64,000 bases of DNA. Source: an uncultured Chthonomonadaceae bacterium. GTDB lineage: Bacteria > Armatimonadota > Chthonomonadetes > Chthonomonadales > Chthonomonadaceae. Under the pieces are notes generated by a model. The model worked only from the letters and a program-made list of their open reading frames with translations. It had not been told where the DNA came from and ran no database searches. Below, one piece after another: positions 30,808 to 40,642 of this stretch (position 1 is its first letter; each line of letters begins with the position of its first letter). Location: NCBI GenBank assembly GCA_963817895.1, contig CAWFQB010000001.1, positions 1,440,001-1,504,000 of the forward strand, read 5' to 3'. A program made the position numbers and the translations under genes.

Positions 30808-32211
30808 CTATCCTGTCGCGTCTTCTACAGGCGCAATGTTGTCTTTACCGGAGGGCGGGCCGTCCTTCAATAAATCGGCGGGTATCCCTTCGGGGAACAT
30901 GACGCCCTGTTGCAGCAGCGGTTTCAGGCTCAGGCTCAGGCCGAACGCAACCGTCATCAGCAGGGCGGAACTGATGAAGGGGACGCTGCCGATGGGAAGC
31001 GGGCCGGGATGCCACGCCACGACCGTATTGTTGATGGGCGGCGCGATGATGCGGGCAAGGCTGCCCAATCCCTGCTGCGTCCCGCTCAATGCGCCGCGCT
31101 CTTTGGGGCCTGCCGCCTGCGTAATCAGGGCGTTGAGGGACGGGTTCATCACGCCGCTGCCGATCGCGATTCCCGCCGCTAATATGCGCAGGAATACAAT
31201 CGAAGGCGCGAACGCGATTCCGATCAGCGAAATCGCCAGTAGCCCCGCGCCGAACATCACCAGCCGGTTTTCCCCCACTTTTTGCGCCAGCCCGCGCATC
31301 ACGAGCAGCTGCGTCAATACCGCCGTACCGCCGACGACCGCGAAAATGCTGCTTGTCGCCGCTGTTTGCGCGTGTTCAATCAAGTCCAGCGGTATTTGCG
31401 CAGGTAAGGCCGTATGCGGATGCGCGACCTGCCAGGCATGAACGGCGTTTTGGGTCAATACGTCCCGAAAACGCAGCAGGGTGAGCCACGAAAACGACGC
31501 TTCCACAGCCGTAAACGCGAACGTGGTAAAGGTGAACACGGTCAACTGCGCGCTGATGTTGGGGTCGCGCATGGCGCGGCCAATGGCGGGAAACACATCA
31601 AGCGCGCCGCGCGCTTTGCCCTCCTGCCGCTGGTTTTTAGGCAGGCTTTCCGGCAGCATGAACAGCGCCCACAGAAAGTTGATAAAGCACAGACTGGCGG
31701 CAATCAGGGCGGGCATTTGCAGCGATGTGATATGCCAGCCGCCAAGATTGACCGGACGCCCCGCATAGCCGCCAATCACCGGCCCGAACGCGAACCCCAA
31801 TCCGAACGCCGCGCCCAGTACCGCCATGCCGCTGGCCCGTTTTTCGGGCGGCGTCACGTCCGCGATATACGCCTGCGCGGTGGGCAGACTTGCCGATGAC
31901 AATATTCCCGCAGCCACTCGCGCCACAAACAGAAACAGCAGATTGGGCGCGAACCCGAACGCGATAAATGAGATCGCCGAGCCGCACAAACTGAGCAGAA
32001 TCAGCGGACGCCGCCCCACTCTGTCCGACATGCGCCCCCATATCGGCGAAAAGATAAACTGCGCGGTGGAAAAGGTCGCCAGCAACGCGCCGCCCACCCA
32101 GGGCTGCCCGCCATAGTGGGTAATATAAACGGGCAGCAGCGGCAGAATCAGGCCGAAGCCGAGCAGGTCGAGAAACAGCGTTAAAGCTAAAATAGCGAGT
32201 GGACGTTTCAT
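30808..32211 (-). CDS. MFS transporter, TetA/DHA1-like
   Basis: DLLGFGLILPLLP, GRMSDRVGRRP, AQAYIADVT, GFAFGPVIGG, LPES. Confidence 0.95.
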   Translation of the reverse strand: MKRPLAILALTLFLDLLGFGLILPLLPVYITHYGGQPWVGGALLATFSTAQFIFSPIWGRMSDRVGRRPLILLSLCGSAISFIAFGFAPNLLFLFVARVAAGILSSASLPTAQAYIADVTPPEKRASGMAVLGAAFGLGFAFGPVIGGYAGRPVNLGGWHITSLQMPALIAASLCFINFLWALFMLPESLPKNQRQEGKARGALDVFPAIGRAMRDPNISAQLTVFTFTTFAFTAVEASFSWLTLLRFRDVLTQNAVHAWQVAHPHTALPAQIPLDLIEHAQTAATSSIFAVVGGTAVLTQLLVMRGLAQKVGENRLVMFGAGLLAISLIGIAFAPSIVFLRILAAGIAIGSGVMNPSLNALITQAAGPKERGALSGTQQGLGSLARIIAPPINNTVVAWHPGPLPIGSVPFISSALLMTVAFGLSLSLKPLLQQGVMFPEGIPADLLKDGPPSGKDNIAPVEDATG

Positions 32212-32464
32212 GGGTTAGGTTGTTAGTTGTTAGGTTGTTAGTTGTCAGGCTGGCTGCCTGATTTAGTTGACAAATAGGGCTATGCCTCTCTATTTACGCT
32301 TAAAAAGCGTCAAAGATACACAAAGCCGCTATGAGAATACCGCGTGAGCGCCCGAAATCTCATAACCGCTCTGAATCTGAGGTTTCGCTTCGCGGCTGCA
32401 AATCAGGTAAAATACATCAACAACCTTACAACTAACAACCTAACAACTAACAACCTAACCTACC

Positions 32465-33379
32465 ATGCACATTCAAGACATTTTCGCCAACTGGCGCACC
32501 ACGTTCAGTTTTGAGTTTATGCCGCCGAAAAACGACGTGGCGGCGGAGCAGTTGTTCGGCACGATTGCCGAACTGGAAACGCTGCGTCCCTCCTTTGTGT
32601 CCGTCACGTATGGCGCGGGCGGTTCCACGCGCAAGTACACGCATGACCTTGTGGTGCGCCTGAAAAACACGACGAGTTGCGATCCCATTCCGCATCTGAC
32701 GTGCGTATGCCATTCAGAAGAGGAAATCTGCAACATTCTGGAACGCTACGCCGAGCATGGCATCTCGAATGTGCTGGCGTTGAGCGGCGATGTGCCTCGA
32801 AATCGCGGGGGGCATGACCGGGGCGGGGACGCTTTCCGCCGCGCGGCCGATCTGGTTGCCTATATCAAGCAGTTCAATGCGGAGGGCAAGCACACCGACC
32901 CGCGCGGCTTTGGCATCGGCGTGGCCGGTTTTCCCGAAGGCCATCCCGCCACTCCGAATCGTCTGGAAGAGATAGATTATTTAAAAGCCAAAGTGGACGC
33001 GGGCGCGGATTACATCGTGACGCAGTTGTTTTTCGACAACCGCGACTTTTACGATTTCCGCGAACGCTGCGAACTGGCGGGCATCACGGTTCCCATTCTG
33101 GCGGGCGTCATGCCGATTACATCTGTGGGCGGCATGAAAAAAATGGCGGAACTGGCGCTGGGCGCGCGTATTCCCGCCCGCCTGCAAAAATCTGTGCTGC
33201 GCTGCGCCGGGGATGAGGATTACGTCCGCAAGGTGGGCGTCCACTGGGCAACGGAGCAGTGCCGCGACCTGCTGGACTGTTCCGTAAGGGGCATCCACTT
33301 CTACACGCTCAACAAGTCCACCGCTACACGGGAAATTTACGCCAACCTCGGCAGCAAAGATTCCTATGGTCTGGAATAG
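32465..33379 (+). CDS. metF: 5,10-methylenetetrahydrofolate reductase
   Basis: SFEFMPPK, VSVTYGAGGST, PHLTC, KVDAGADYIVTQLFF, HFYTLN. Confidence 0.97.
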   Translation: MHIQDIFANWRTTFSFEFMPPKNDVAAEQLFGTIAELETLRPSFVSVTYGAGGSTRKYTHDLVVRLKNTTSCDPIPHLTCVCHSEEEICNILERYAEHGISNVLALSGDVPRNRGGHDRGGDAFRRAADLVAYIKQFNAEGKHTDPRGFGIGVAGFPEGHPATPNRLEEIDYLKAKVDAGADYIVTQLFFDNRDFYDFRERCELAGITVPILAGVMPITSVGGMKKMAELALGARIPARLQKSVLRCAGDEDYVRKVGVHWATEQCRDLLDCSVRGIHFYTLNKSTATREIYANLGSKDSYGLE

Positions 33380-33413
33380 TTGAGAATTAGCCAGAACTTA
33401 AAAACCCGAAACG

Positions 33414-33938
33414 ATGCAAAACCCACTCGAAGCCTACCGCCGTTCACAACGCGAGTTGCGCCGTCAATTTGAAACGTTCACGCGCGCGAATTGTCCGACG
33501 TGTCCGACGCCGTGCTGCCGCCGTCCCGCCCGCATCGCGCCAACGGATATTCTGCTGGCCGAAGCGACCGGCTGGCGGTCCAATCTTCCTGACGCTGCCA
33601 CCCCGAATAAGAATACAAATGTCACACTAAACAGCACAGATGTAATCTTGACGACGGACATGGTTGCCGCCACTGCCGCCCGCTATATGGATGAATTAAG
33701 CGCAGGCGACAGTGACGCGGCAGAGGAACCCGCAGACGACTTGCCATGCGAGTATCTTGGCGGAAACGGCTGTACGTTCCCTACCGACCTCCGCCCCTTC
33801 GGCTGTACTGCGTACATATGCAAGCATATGTACGCCCGTTTGGATCGCCCCACCCTGACCCGCATCAAGCGACTCGTCCGAGATTTGGAAGACAAGCACA
33901 CAATTTTACTGCGCACTTTAGCAAAGGATGAAGGATGA
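33414..33938 (+). CDS. Cys-cluster protein (YkgJ-like)
   Basis: CPTCPTPCC...CEYL...GC...RPFGCTAYIC. Confidence 0.8.
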   Translation: MQNPLEAYRRSQRELRRQFETFTRANCPTCPTPCCRRPARIAPTDILLAEATGWRSNLPDAATPNKNTNVTLNSTDVILTTDMVAATAARYMDELSAGDSDAAEEPADDLPCEYLGGNGCTFPTDLRPFGCTAYICKHMYARLDRPTLTRIKRLVRDLEDKHTILLRTLAKDEG

Positions 33939-34040
33939 AGGATGAAGGATGAAAACCTGCTGTATAAGCCCTTGCGTCATCGAAAGAAGAAAATGGCTTG
34001 CGCGCTGCTTTTTCATCCTTCATCCTTCATCCTTCATCCT
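33925..34040. repeat. Inverted pair of (GGATGAA)n / (TTCATCC)n heptamer tracts
   Basis: 33925-33952 and 34013-34040; each tract contains the stop codon of one of the two convergent genes. Confidence 0.9.
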
Positions 34041-34780
34041 TTGTCTGTCCATGCCCGGAGTTCGTCTGCCGTATTGTCTGTCAGGGGCAGGCCATGCCCG
34101 GATAGCAGCAGGCGCGGGGACAGCGTGACCAGTTTTTGCGCGCTTGCCTGTACCTGTTGCCAGTTATCGCAAAACAGGCGCGGCGGCAGGCATAGGGCTG
34201 TTTTGCGCAGGGCGGGAATGAGGTTGGGAACGATGTTCAGAATGGCGTCGCCGCTGAACAAGACGCCGTCCGCTTTGCGATAAAACGAAATGTGACCGGG
34301 CGCGTGTCCCGGCGAATATGCCACTTGCAGCCTGCCGCCCGGCGCGTGGATAAACTCGCCGTCCGTCACGGTTTGCCCGACTTTGCACCGCTCTACCGGA
34401 TGCGTGTATTCGCCAATCGCGAACGTCAGACTGGTAAATGGGCGGCGCAGCGCGTTCATGCCTGAATACGCATAGGAGCGGCGCGGGAGTTGGAGAAAGC
34501 AGGCTTCTCGTTCATGCGTCACGATGGTCGCGCCCAATCCGGCAAAATACGCCGCGTTGCCCGCATGATCGCAGTGCGCGTGTGTCAGCAAAACGGTTTG
34601 TATGTCGGCAGGTTCAAGGCCGAGCGCGCGTAATCCTGCGAGCAATGCCGGGCGATCCGTTTGCAGCCCGCAGTCAATCAGCGCGGCGTTTTTGCTGCTG
34701 TCTGTGTCATACAAAACATAGGCATTGCCCCACGCCAGCGAAATCCGCGCAATGTTGGAATTTATTTTCTGGACGCTCAT
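34034..34780 (-). CDS. Metallo-beta-lactamase-fold hydrolase
   Basis: [31 protein letters not shown]. Confidence 0.92.
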   Translation of the reverse strand: MSVQKINSNIARISLAWGNAYVLYDTDSSKNAALIDCGLQTDRPALLAGLRALGLEPADIQTVLLTHAHCDHAGNAAYFAGLGATIVTHEREACFLQLPRRSYAYSGMNALRRPFTSLTFAIGEYTHPVERCKVGQTVTDGEFIHAPGGRLQVAYSPGHAPGHISFYRKADGVLFSGDAILNIVPNLIPALRKTALCLPPRLFCDNWQQVQASAQKLVTLSPRLLLSGHGLPLTDNTADELRAWTDKG

Positions 34781-34864
34781 AGCCGGAACTCCTCAATCCT
34801 CTCAATCCTCTATCAACTACGAACTATCCACCTTCAACTACTCAGATACAGGGAGAAAACAATT

Positions 34865-35326
34865 ATGCGGGCCGTAGTACAGCGCGTTTTGGAAGCGAAC
34901 GTTCTGGTTGTAGAGGGCGAACACCTGCGGGTAGTGGGTAGCATCGGGGCGGGGTTTCTCGTGCTTGTCGGCGTTCGTGAGGACGACACGGAAGAGGATG
35001 CCCGCGCCCTTGCCGACAAAATCGCCAACCTGCGCGTTCTGGAGGATGCGGACGGCAAACTGAACTTGTCCCTGCTCGACAAATCGCAGCCTGCCCTCGT
35101 CGTCAGCAATTTCACCGTGTATGGCGACTGCCGCAAGGGACGCCGCCCCAGTTTTGTGGAAGCCGCGCGAGGCGAACAGGCCGAGCGTTTGTACCAGTCG
35201 TTCGGCGCGTTTCTGGCCGGGTTCGGCGTCGAAGTGCAATGGGGCGAGTTCAGGGCCGAAATGCGGGTTTCTCTCGTAAACGACGGCCCGGTTACGCTGC
35301 TGCTGGACAGCCGGAAGAAATTTTAG
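34865..35326 (+). CDS. dtd: D-aminoacyl-tRNA deacylase
   Basis: [25 protein letters not shown]. Confidence 0.96.
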   Translation: MRAVVQRVLEANVLVVEGEHLRVVGSIGAGFLVLVGVREDDTEEDARALADKIANLRVLEDADGKLNLSLLDKSQPALVVSNFTVYGDCRKGRRPSFVEAARGEQAERLYQSFGAFLAGFGVEVQWGEFRAEMRVSLVNDGPVTLLLDSRKKF

Positions 35327-35336
35327 GGGTAGGTCA

Positions 35337-35747
35337 CTAGCTGTGCGTAAATAAGGCAGCAATATCTTCCCATAGTTCGGGGGCTTCCAGCGCATCGGCA
35401 AAATCACGTACCCACATTTCTACTCGCTTCACATCAAGTTTCGGGTGTGTCTCAACCAAAGACTGAATATCCAGCATATCTTTAGGGCGGTGCGCAATTG
35501 CTTTGAGGATAATCAGGTCTTCGACAGAAGGCAGGCGAATAGAAAACGCCTCTGTCTCATACAGATTCGCGCGCTCTACCGCTTCCTCCTCAAAAGGAAG
35601 CACACCAAGAGAAATATCAACGTTAATCCCACTGCGTTCATGCACCAATGGCACGACGCGAGTTTGCTGCGCGAAGGCAACAGGATCGCTTGTACGCGGT
35701 TTGATGCCCTCTACCGCAGCCTGTATATCAGCGGAGGGATTGCTCAT
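35337..35747 (-). CDS. Nucleotidyltransferase-family toxin-like protein, apparently missing its N-terminal catalytic segment
   Basis: C-terminal VDISLG, EDLIILKAIAHRPKDMLDI are typical; no GG...DxD motif precedes them. Confidence 0.65.
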   Translation of the reverse strand: MSNPSADIQAAVEGIKPRTSDPVAFAQQTRVVPLVHERSGINVDISLGVLPFEEEAVERANLYETEAFSIRLPSVEDLIILKAIAHRPKDMLDIQSLVETHPKLDVKRVEMWVRDFADALEAPELWEDIAALFTHS

Positions 35748-35961
35748 ATTTCTCTTTCAATTTACGCCACCGCGCAGCAATAATATCCGTTTCCTGAGTT
35801 TCTCGTAGAAGGTCGGGCGCAGCGACATACGAGCCGAAACGTACAAGAGACTGAAACTGCTGCCAGCGTTGCGCAACGGTTGCTTTTTGCTGTTCTTCGT
35901 GTTCCAATTCTGCGACGGCTTGCCACCGCTGCCGATATGCGACTGCGACATTCCTATCCAT
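35728..35961 (-). CDS. Small partner protein upstream of the nucleotidyltransferase (antitoxin-like)
   Basis: RWQAVAELE...RWQQ...RWRKLK; RBS GGGAGG; upstream TATAAT. Confidence 0.7.
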   Translation of the reverse strand: MDRNVAVAYRQRWQAVAELEHEEQQKATVAQRWQQFQSLVRFGSYVAAPDLLRETQETDIIAARWRKLKEKYEQSLR

Positions 35962-36010
35962 TGCTGCCTCCCCTTCCACACCAATACGCCTATTATAGCG
36001 CAAATTCCCT

Positions 36011-37767
36011 CTACCCTGATTGCCGTGCCAGCAGAAGCGCATACGTTTCTTGAAGTTCCGGCTTTGCGGCTAAAAAGGCTCCCGCATCCTCCATGCGTTC
36101 CTGATTGATGAGAAACCTCAGAAAATTGCCCAATACGGTAAGCGTACTCGGATGACGCGCTCCCAAACTGACGACAAAAATGTCCAATGCCTGCGTGTAG
36201 AGCGGTTCGGCTTCCGCGTACCGACCTTGCGACCTGTACAAAAACGCCAGATTGTTCAGACTGGTGGCAATGTAAGGATGGCTGGCTGGCAAGGTTTTCT
36301 GACGCGCTTGCAGAGACCGCGCGTACAGGAACGTTCCCTCCGCCCACAGCGCCTGCCGATGCACGAAATGGATCAGCCAGTCCGCGATGTTGCCACTAGA
36401 CTCGGCATCTCCAAGTTCCGCCGCAACATCGGCGGCGGATACGGCATGACGCCAGGACGCTTCCAACGTTGCCCGTTTCTCCCTGTCCTCTGTGTTTGCG
36501 TTGCCGCCGTTTTCCTGCGCCAACTGCCAGTAGTAAGCGATGAAATGACGTTGTTGGATTTGCTCTGCATCTATTTTATGCAGACGCTTGCGGGTGTATT
36601 CGCGGGTTGGGTGCAGCAGGGAATACAGGCTGTGTTCGTTTGATGTTGTGTACATTAGCAGGGAGGCTTCCTGTAGCGCATCAAGATATTCCCGCCTGAC
36701 ATCTGGGAAGCAAGCCGTGATTTGTTCCGGGGCGCAGTCATTGGCGAACAGAGTGCATAGCGCGAACGCGGTTTTCTCTGCTGCGTTCAGCAGGTTCCAC
36801 GATCAGTCGTAGCACTTTTCCAGCGTGTCGTGCCGCCATTCCGGGTCGTTGGCGTCCCGCTCTTCTTTTGCTTCGGTCATTTCGCCCAAGACCGCTTTGG
36901 AGATGCCCACAGCGATTTCCGGCAGGGTTCTGTTTTTGATACCCGCCGCCGCCAGTTCCAGCGCAAGCGGAATGGTTTCGGTCACGCGCAGGATGGTTGC
37001 TATCGCTACGTTTTCCGCTTCCAAAGGCGTCCATTCAAAATCGGCTTTGCGCTCACGGATGCGGGCTATCAGCAGGTCACGCCCCTCTTCGGCTTCCAAT
37101 CCCCGCACATCTTTCGACAACTCCGCGCGGTCTGCTTCCACAGACCCGCGCCCGGTGACAAGGATATGCAGCAGGGGATTTGCCGTCAGCAGTTTTTCCA
37201 CAAACCGCTTTGTTGGTCCGCACTTCACCGTCTCGTAGTTGTCCAATAGCAGCAGAATGGAAACATCTTCTTCCATTCCTGCCAGTTCCAACGCATGGCT
37301 TCGCACTGCTTATGCCCGTTTCCAGACAACACGATTTGCCCGCCATGCGCCACGCTCATAATCCGCGCCGCATAAATCACGTCCGGGTGGTTCAGGTACT
37401 CGCCCTGTTTGTTCGGCATGACCTGCATTTCCGAGGTATGGACGCCGATACGCGCTGCTAATGTCCATTCCTTGCCATTTGTATCTTTGTGCGTGATCGT
37501 GGGCAGGATGTTTTGGATAGCAATCGCGCAATCCAGCGCATCGTTGACATTGGCAAACGCCGCCATGATGCTGTCCCCGCAGGCGTACCGGAAATGCGTC
37601 CTTTGTGTTCCTCCACAAGCCTTTTGATTTCGGCAAACTGCGGCTGTAGCAGTTGCAGGCTGTAATGCTGATACGGCAGGGCGCGAGCGGCCTGAGTTCG
37701 AGCCGACAATATCCGTAAACAGGAACGTGACAATGCCTTGCGGATAAGAAACAGGATTATCAGGCAT
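36011..37767 (-). CDS. Class III cyclase - partial NTPase - TPR protein (indels; Walker A region absent)
   Basis: FLFTDIVGS, GDS, RIGVH, YAARIMSVAHGGQIVLS; then directly LLLLDNYE, IPLALELAAA, and a kinesin-light-chain-type TPR HPYIATSLNNLA. Confidence 0.75.
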
Positions 37768-37784
37768 GGGATGACTTCCTTTAA

Positions 37785-38597
37785 TCAGGGTTTTTTCTGC
37801 CCGCGAAGCAGTTCTGTGAGCGTTTTGACTTCCGCGCGAAGTTGCTTGATTTCTTCCGGCGACGATTGGACTTTCTCCAGAACAAGGTCGTTACGGTCGT
37901 TGGCATCTTCCTCGTCGCGCTGCTGTTTCGCCAAAACCAGCATCGTCATCATCAGCGCTTCAATGGTCGCGAACAATCCCAAAAAACTGAACTCGCGGCT
38001 GTCCCAGGGCGGATGATGCCATTCATTAGCGATGACCCACCATGTAAACACAATCAGATTCCCCAACAAAAACGGCAGCGCGCCAAACTGCCGCACAACC
38101 CACTCGATGCGCTTTTCTGTCTTGCTGCGTTTCACTTCCAGCGTCTTTTTCGTGCTTGGCGTAATCATGTCCGCCATCATGTCCGCGTTATCTTTCAGCC
38201 ATTGCGTTGTTTCTCGCAGCATTACAATCGCCATTTCGGGGTGCGCCCGCATAAACGCATCGAAGTTATCGCGATGAAGCGCCAGCGCAAACACCGGTCC
38301 CTTTGCCTTTGCTGTCGCCGAGCGCGGTGTTCCGTTCAAGAGGGCGATTTCACCGAAAAACTTGCCCGGCCCCAGAGTGCGCAACGGCTTTGCATTTCCG
38401 CCCGCTTCTTTCGCGAAGAACTCCACCTCGCCTCTTTCAATAAAATACATGGTGTCGCCGTCTTCACCCTGTTCGCAAATCACATTACCTGCATAGAAGT
38501 GTTTATCTTCCAACAGGGGCGCGAGTTTGATGCGCTGCTCCGGCTGTAGTCTGCTAAAAGTAGGGGCTTCTTCCAAAAGGCGCAGGTTGACCGGCAT
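37785..38597 (-). CDS. Cyclic-nucleotide-binding protein with a C-terminal two-TM DUF1003-like domain
   Basis: QGEDGDTMYFIERGEV, FFGEIALL...PRSATA; then FGALPFLLG...WD...FSFLGL...EA...Q. Confidence 0.88.
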   Translation of the reverse strand: MPVNLRLLEEAPTFSRLQPEQRIKLAPLLEDKHFYAGNVICEQGEDGDTMYFIERGEVEFFAKEAGGNAKPLRTLGPGKFFGEIALLNGTPRSATAKAKGPVFALALHRDNFDAFMRAHPEMAIVMLRETTQWLKDNADMMADMITPSTKKTLEVKRSKTEKRIEWVVRQFGALPFLLGNLIVFTWWVIANEWHHPPWDSREFSFLGLFATIEALMMTMLVLAKQQRDEEDANDRNDLVLEKVQSSPEEIKQLRAEVKTLTELLRGQKKP

Positions 38598-38822
38598 GAG
38601 GGCATCTCCTCGTCCTTGCGTCAGGCATGAAAAACAGATGTACATCTTGTGTTTACGTAACGACAAATTCAAGAAAGCGAACTAAGTTTCCTGCCCGTTC
38701 TGAAGAGGCAGCGCATAATGTAGCTATTCACCACCAGAACACAAAGGACACCAGGAAAAATGAGAGGGAAGACGTTGCAAAACAAACAGGAGTACGCAGC
38801 AACCGTGTCGAAATACAGGCGC

Positions 38823-40466
38823 ATGAAGCCAACCCCTTTTCAGAATTGGAAAACCCGTGGCGTATTGCTGTGCTGCCTGCTGTGTGGCACAACCGCCACC
38901 GGCCAGCCGCCCCGCGCCGCCCTCATTGCTGCTCGTCGAGACGACGCAAGCGCGAAACTGACGGCCGCCATTGACGCCGTGCTGGATGCGCCCGATTTGC
39001 AGACCGGCTTTGTGGGGGCGTGCGTTGTTCGCGTTCGGGACAATCAGGTTTTATATGCGCGTAATGCGGACCGCGTGTTCCTGCCCGCTTCCAACAACAA
39101 ACTGCTCACTTCGTTTGCCGCGCTGGAAACCCTGCCGCTCGATTTCGCCTATCACACGCAGGCGCGCGCCATGGGAACGGTTGGCGAGGATGGCGTTCTG
39201 CGCGGAAACCTCATGCTTGTCGGGGGCGGCGACCCGCTGCTTTCCCTTGCCGATTTAGATGATATGGCGCAGCAGATTGCCCGAATGGGCCTGCGCGAAG
39301 TGTCGGGCAAACTGATTTACGACGACACGCGCTACGATGCGCAGTGGCTTGGGGATGGCTGGACGTGGGACGATGAGGCCGCATCCTATTCCGCGCAGAT
39401 CAGCGCGCTGAATGTCAACGGCAATTGCATTGATGTACAGGTTTTACCCGGTAAGAAAATTGGGCAGCGCGTTCGCGCGCAAACAGTTCCCGCCACCGGT
39501 TACATTCGGGTGGAAAACACGGCGATTACGGGCGCAAGCGGCAGCCGTTCCACCCTTGTTGTAGACCGCAAGCGAGGCCAGAACGTGATACCCGTTACGG
39601 GCAGACTTCCACTGGCAGCCGCGTCCGCGCAGACTGCTTCCCCCTTTACGGTTGCCGTCACTGTAGAAAATCCCCCGCGTTTTACGGCTACGCTGTTCGG
39701 CGCGGCCCTGCGCAAAGCAGGCGTTCATGTTGATGACGGCGCGATTGTTTCCCTGCGCGACATTCCCCGGTCGCGCGGGAAGAGCAAGACGCAGGAAGCC
39801 GATGCAATCACAACCCCGGACATTCTCCCGGCTTCAGATACGTCGGATGGAACCGTGATTGCCGAACATACCAGCATCCGCCTGCCCGAACTGCTGACGC
39901 GCATGAACAAGCCCAGCGACAACCTCATGGCCGAATGTCTGCTCAAAGCGGTCGGGGCTTATGGCGCATTTCCCAATGACGCGACGGGTTCTGGCCGCGC
40001 GCTTAACTCAGACAGGCGGGTTGGCACGAGCGGCAATAGCGGCACGGGGGCGCAGCTTGCCCGTAAAGCGTTCGGGGCGGCAGGCATGAATCTGGAAGCC
40101 GCGCGGCAGGTGGATGGTTCCGGCCTGTCGCGCGGCAACTACGTTTCGCCGCATAATTTGGTTCGCCTGCTCCTCGCGGCCCATGCCCGCCCGTATTTCC
40201 CCATGTTTTATGCTTCCCTGCCGATTGCGGGCGTGGATGGAACCCTGCGCAACCGCATGAAAAACACGCCTGCCGCCAACAATTGCCACGCCAAGACGGG
40301 TTCGCTTTCCCACGTCAGCAGCCTGAGCGGATACGTCCGAACCAGAGACGGGGAGGAACTGGCGTTTTCCCTTCTGATGAACCATCAGTTGGGGCCATCG
40401 CGCGCCAGTACCCGCGCGCAGGACAGCATCGCGCAGTTGCTTGCCGCCTATCCGGGGATGTATTAA
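38823..40466 (+). CDS. dacB: D-alanyl-D-alanine carboxypeptidase/endopeptidase (PBP4, peptidase S13)
   Basis: PASNNKL, GGGDP, SDN, DGSGLSR, AKTGSL. Confidence 0.95.
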   Translation: MKPTPFQNWKTRGVLLCCLLCGTTATGQPPRAALIAARRDDASAKLTAAIDAVLDAPDLQTGFVGACVVRVRDNQVLYARNADRVFLPASNNKLLTSFAALETLPLDFAYHTQARAMGTVGEDGVLRGNLMLVGGGDPLLSLADLDDMAQQIARMGLREVSGKLIYDDTRYDAQWLGDGWTWDDEAASYSAQISALNVNGNCIDVQVLPGKKIGQRVRAQTVPATGYIRVENTAITGASGSRSTLVVDRKRGQNVIPVTGRLPLAAASAQTASPFTVAVTVENPPRFTATLFGAALRKAGVHVDDGAIVSLRDIPRSRGKSKTQEADAITTPDILPASDTSDGTVIAEHTSIRLPELLTRMNKPSDNLMAECLLKAVGAYGAFPNDATGSGRALNSDRRVGTSGNSGTGAQLARKAFGAAGMNLEAARQVDGSGLSRGNYVSPHNLVRLLLAAHARPYFPMFYASLPIAGVDGTLRNRMKNTPAANNCHAKTGSLSHVSSLSGYVRTRDGEELAFSLLMNHQLGPSRASTRAQDSIAQLLAAYPGMY

Positions 40467-40536
40467 ATTCCCGTTAAATTTCAATGCTATGAGCCGTTCC
40501 TCATCAATTTTCTGTCCGCTTCAGGGTTTTCCCCGC

Positions 40537-40565
40537 TTGACAGGCAGGCCGGAACATGGTTTAAT
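40537..40565 (+). promoter_or_regulatory. Sigma70-type promoter
   Basis: TTGACA-N17-TTTAAT with an extended TG. Confidence 0.65.
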
Positions 40566-40642
40566 ATGCCTGTCGGACTCGCGTTTCGCAATATTTTGAC
40601 GACGCTTCCCGACAGCGATTTCGCGCGTAATACTGCGGCAAT

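Noticed and set aside
32250..32464. SAM riboswitch upstream of metF
   Set aside because: No SAM-I/II core motifs were recognised, and a -10-like box lies close to the start codon.
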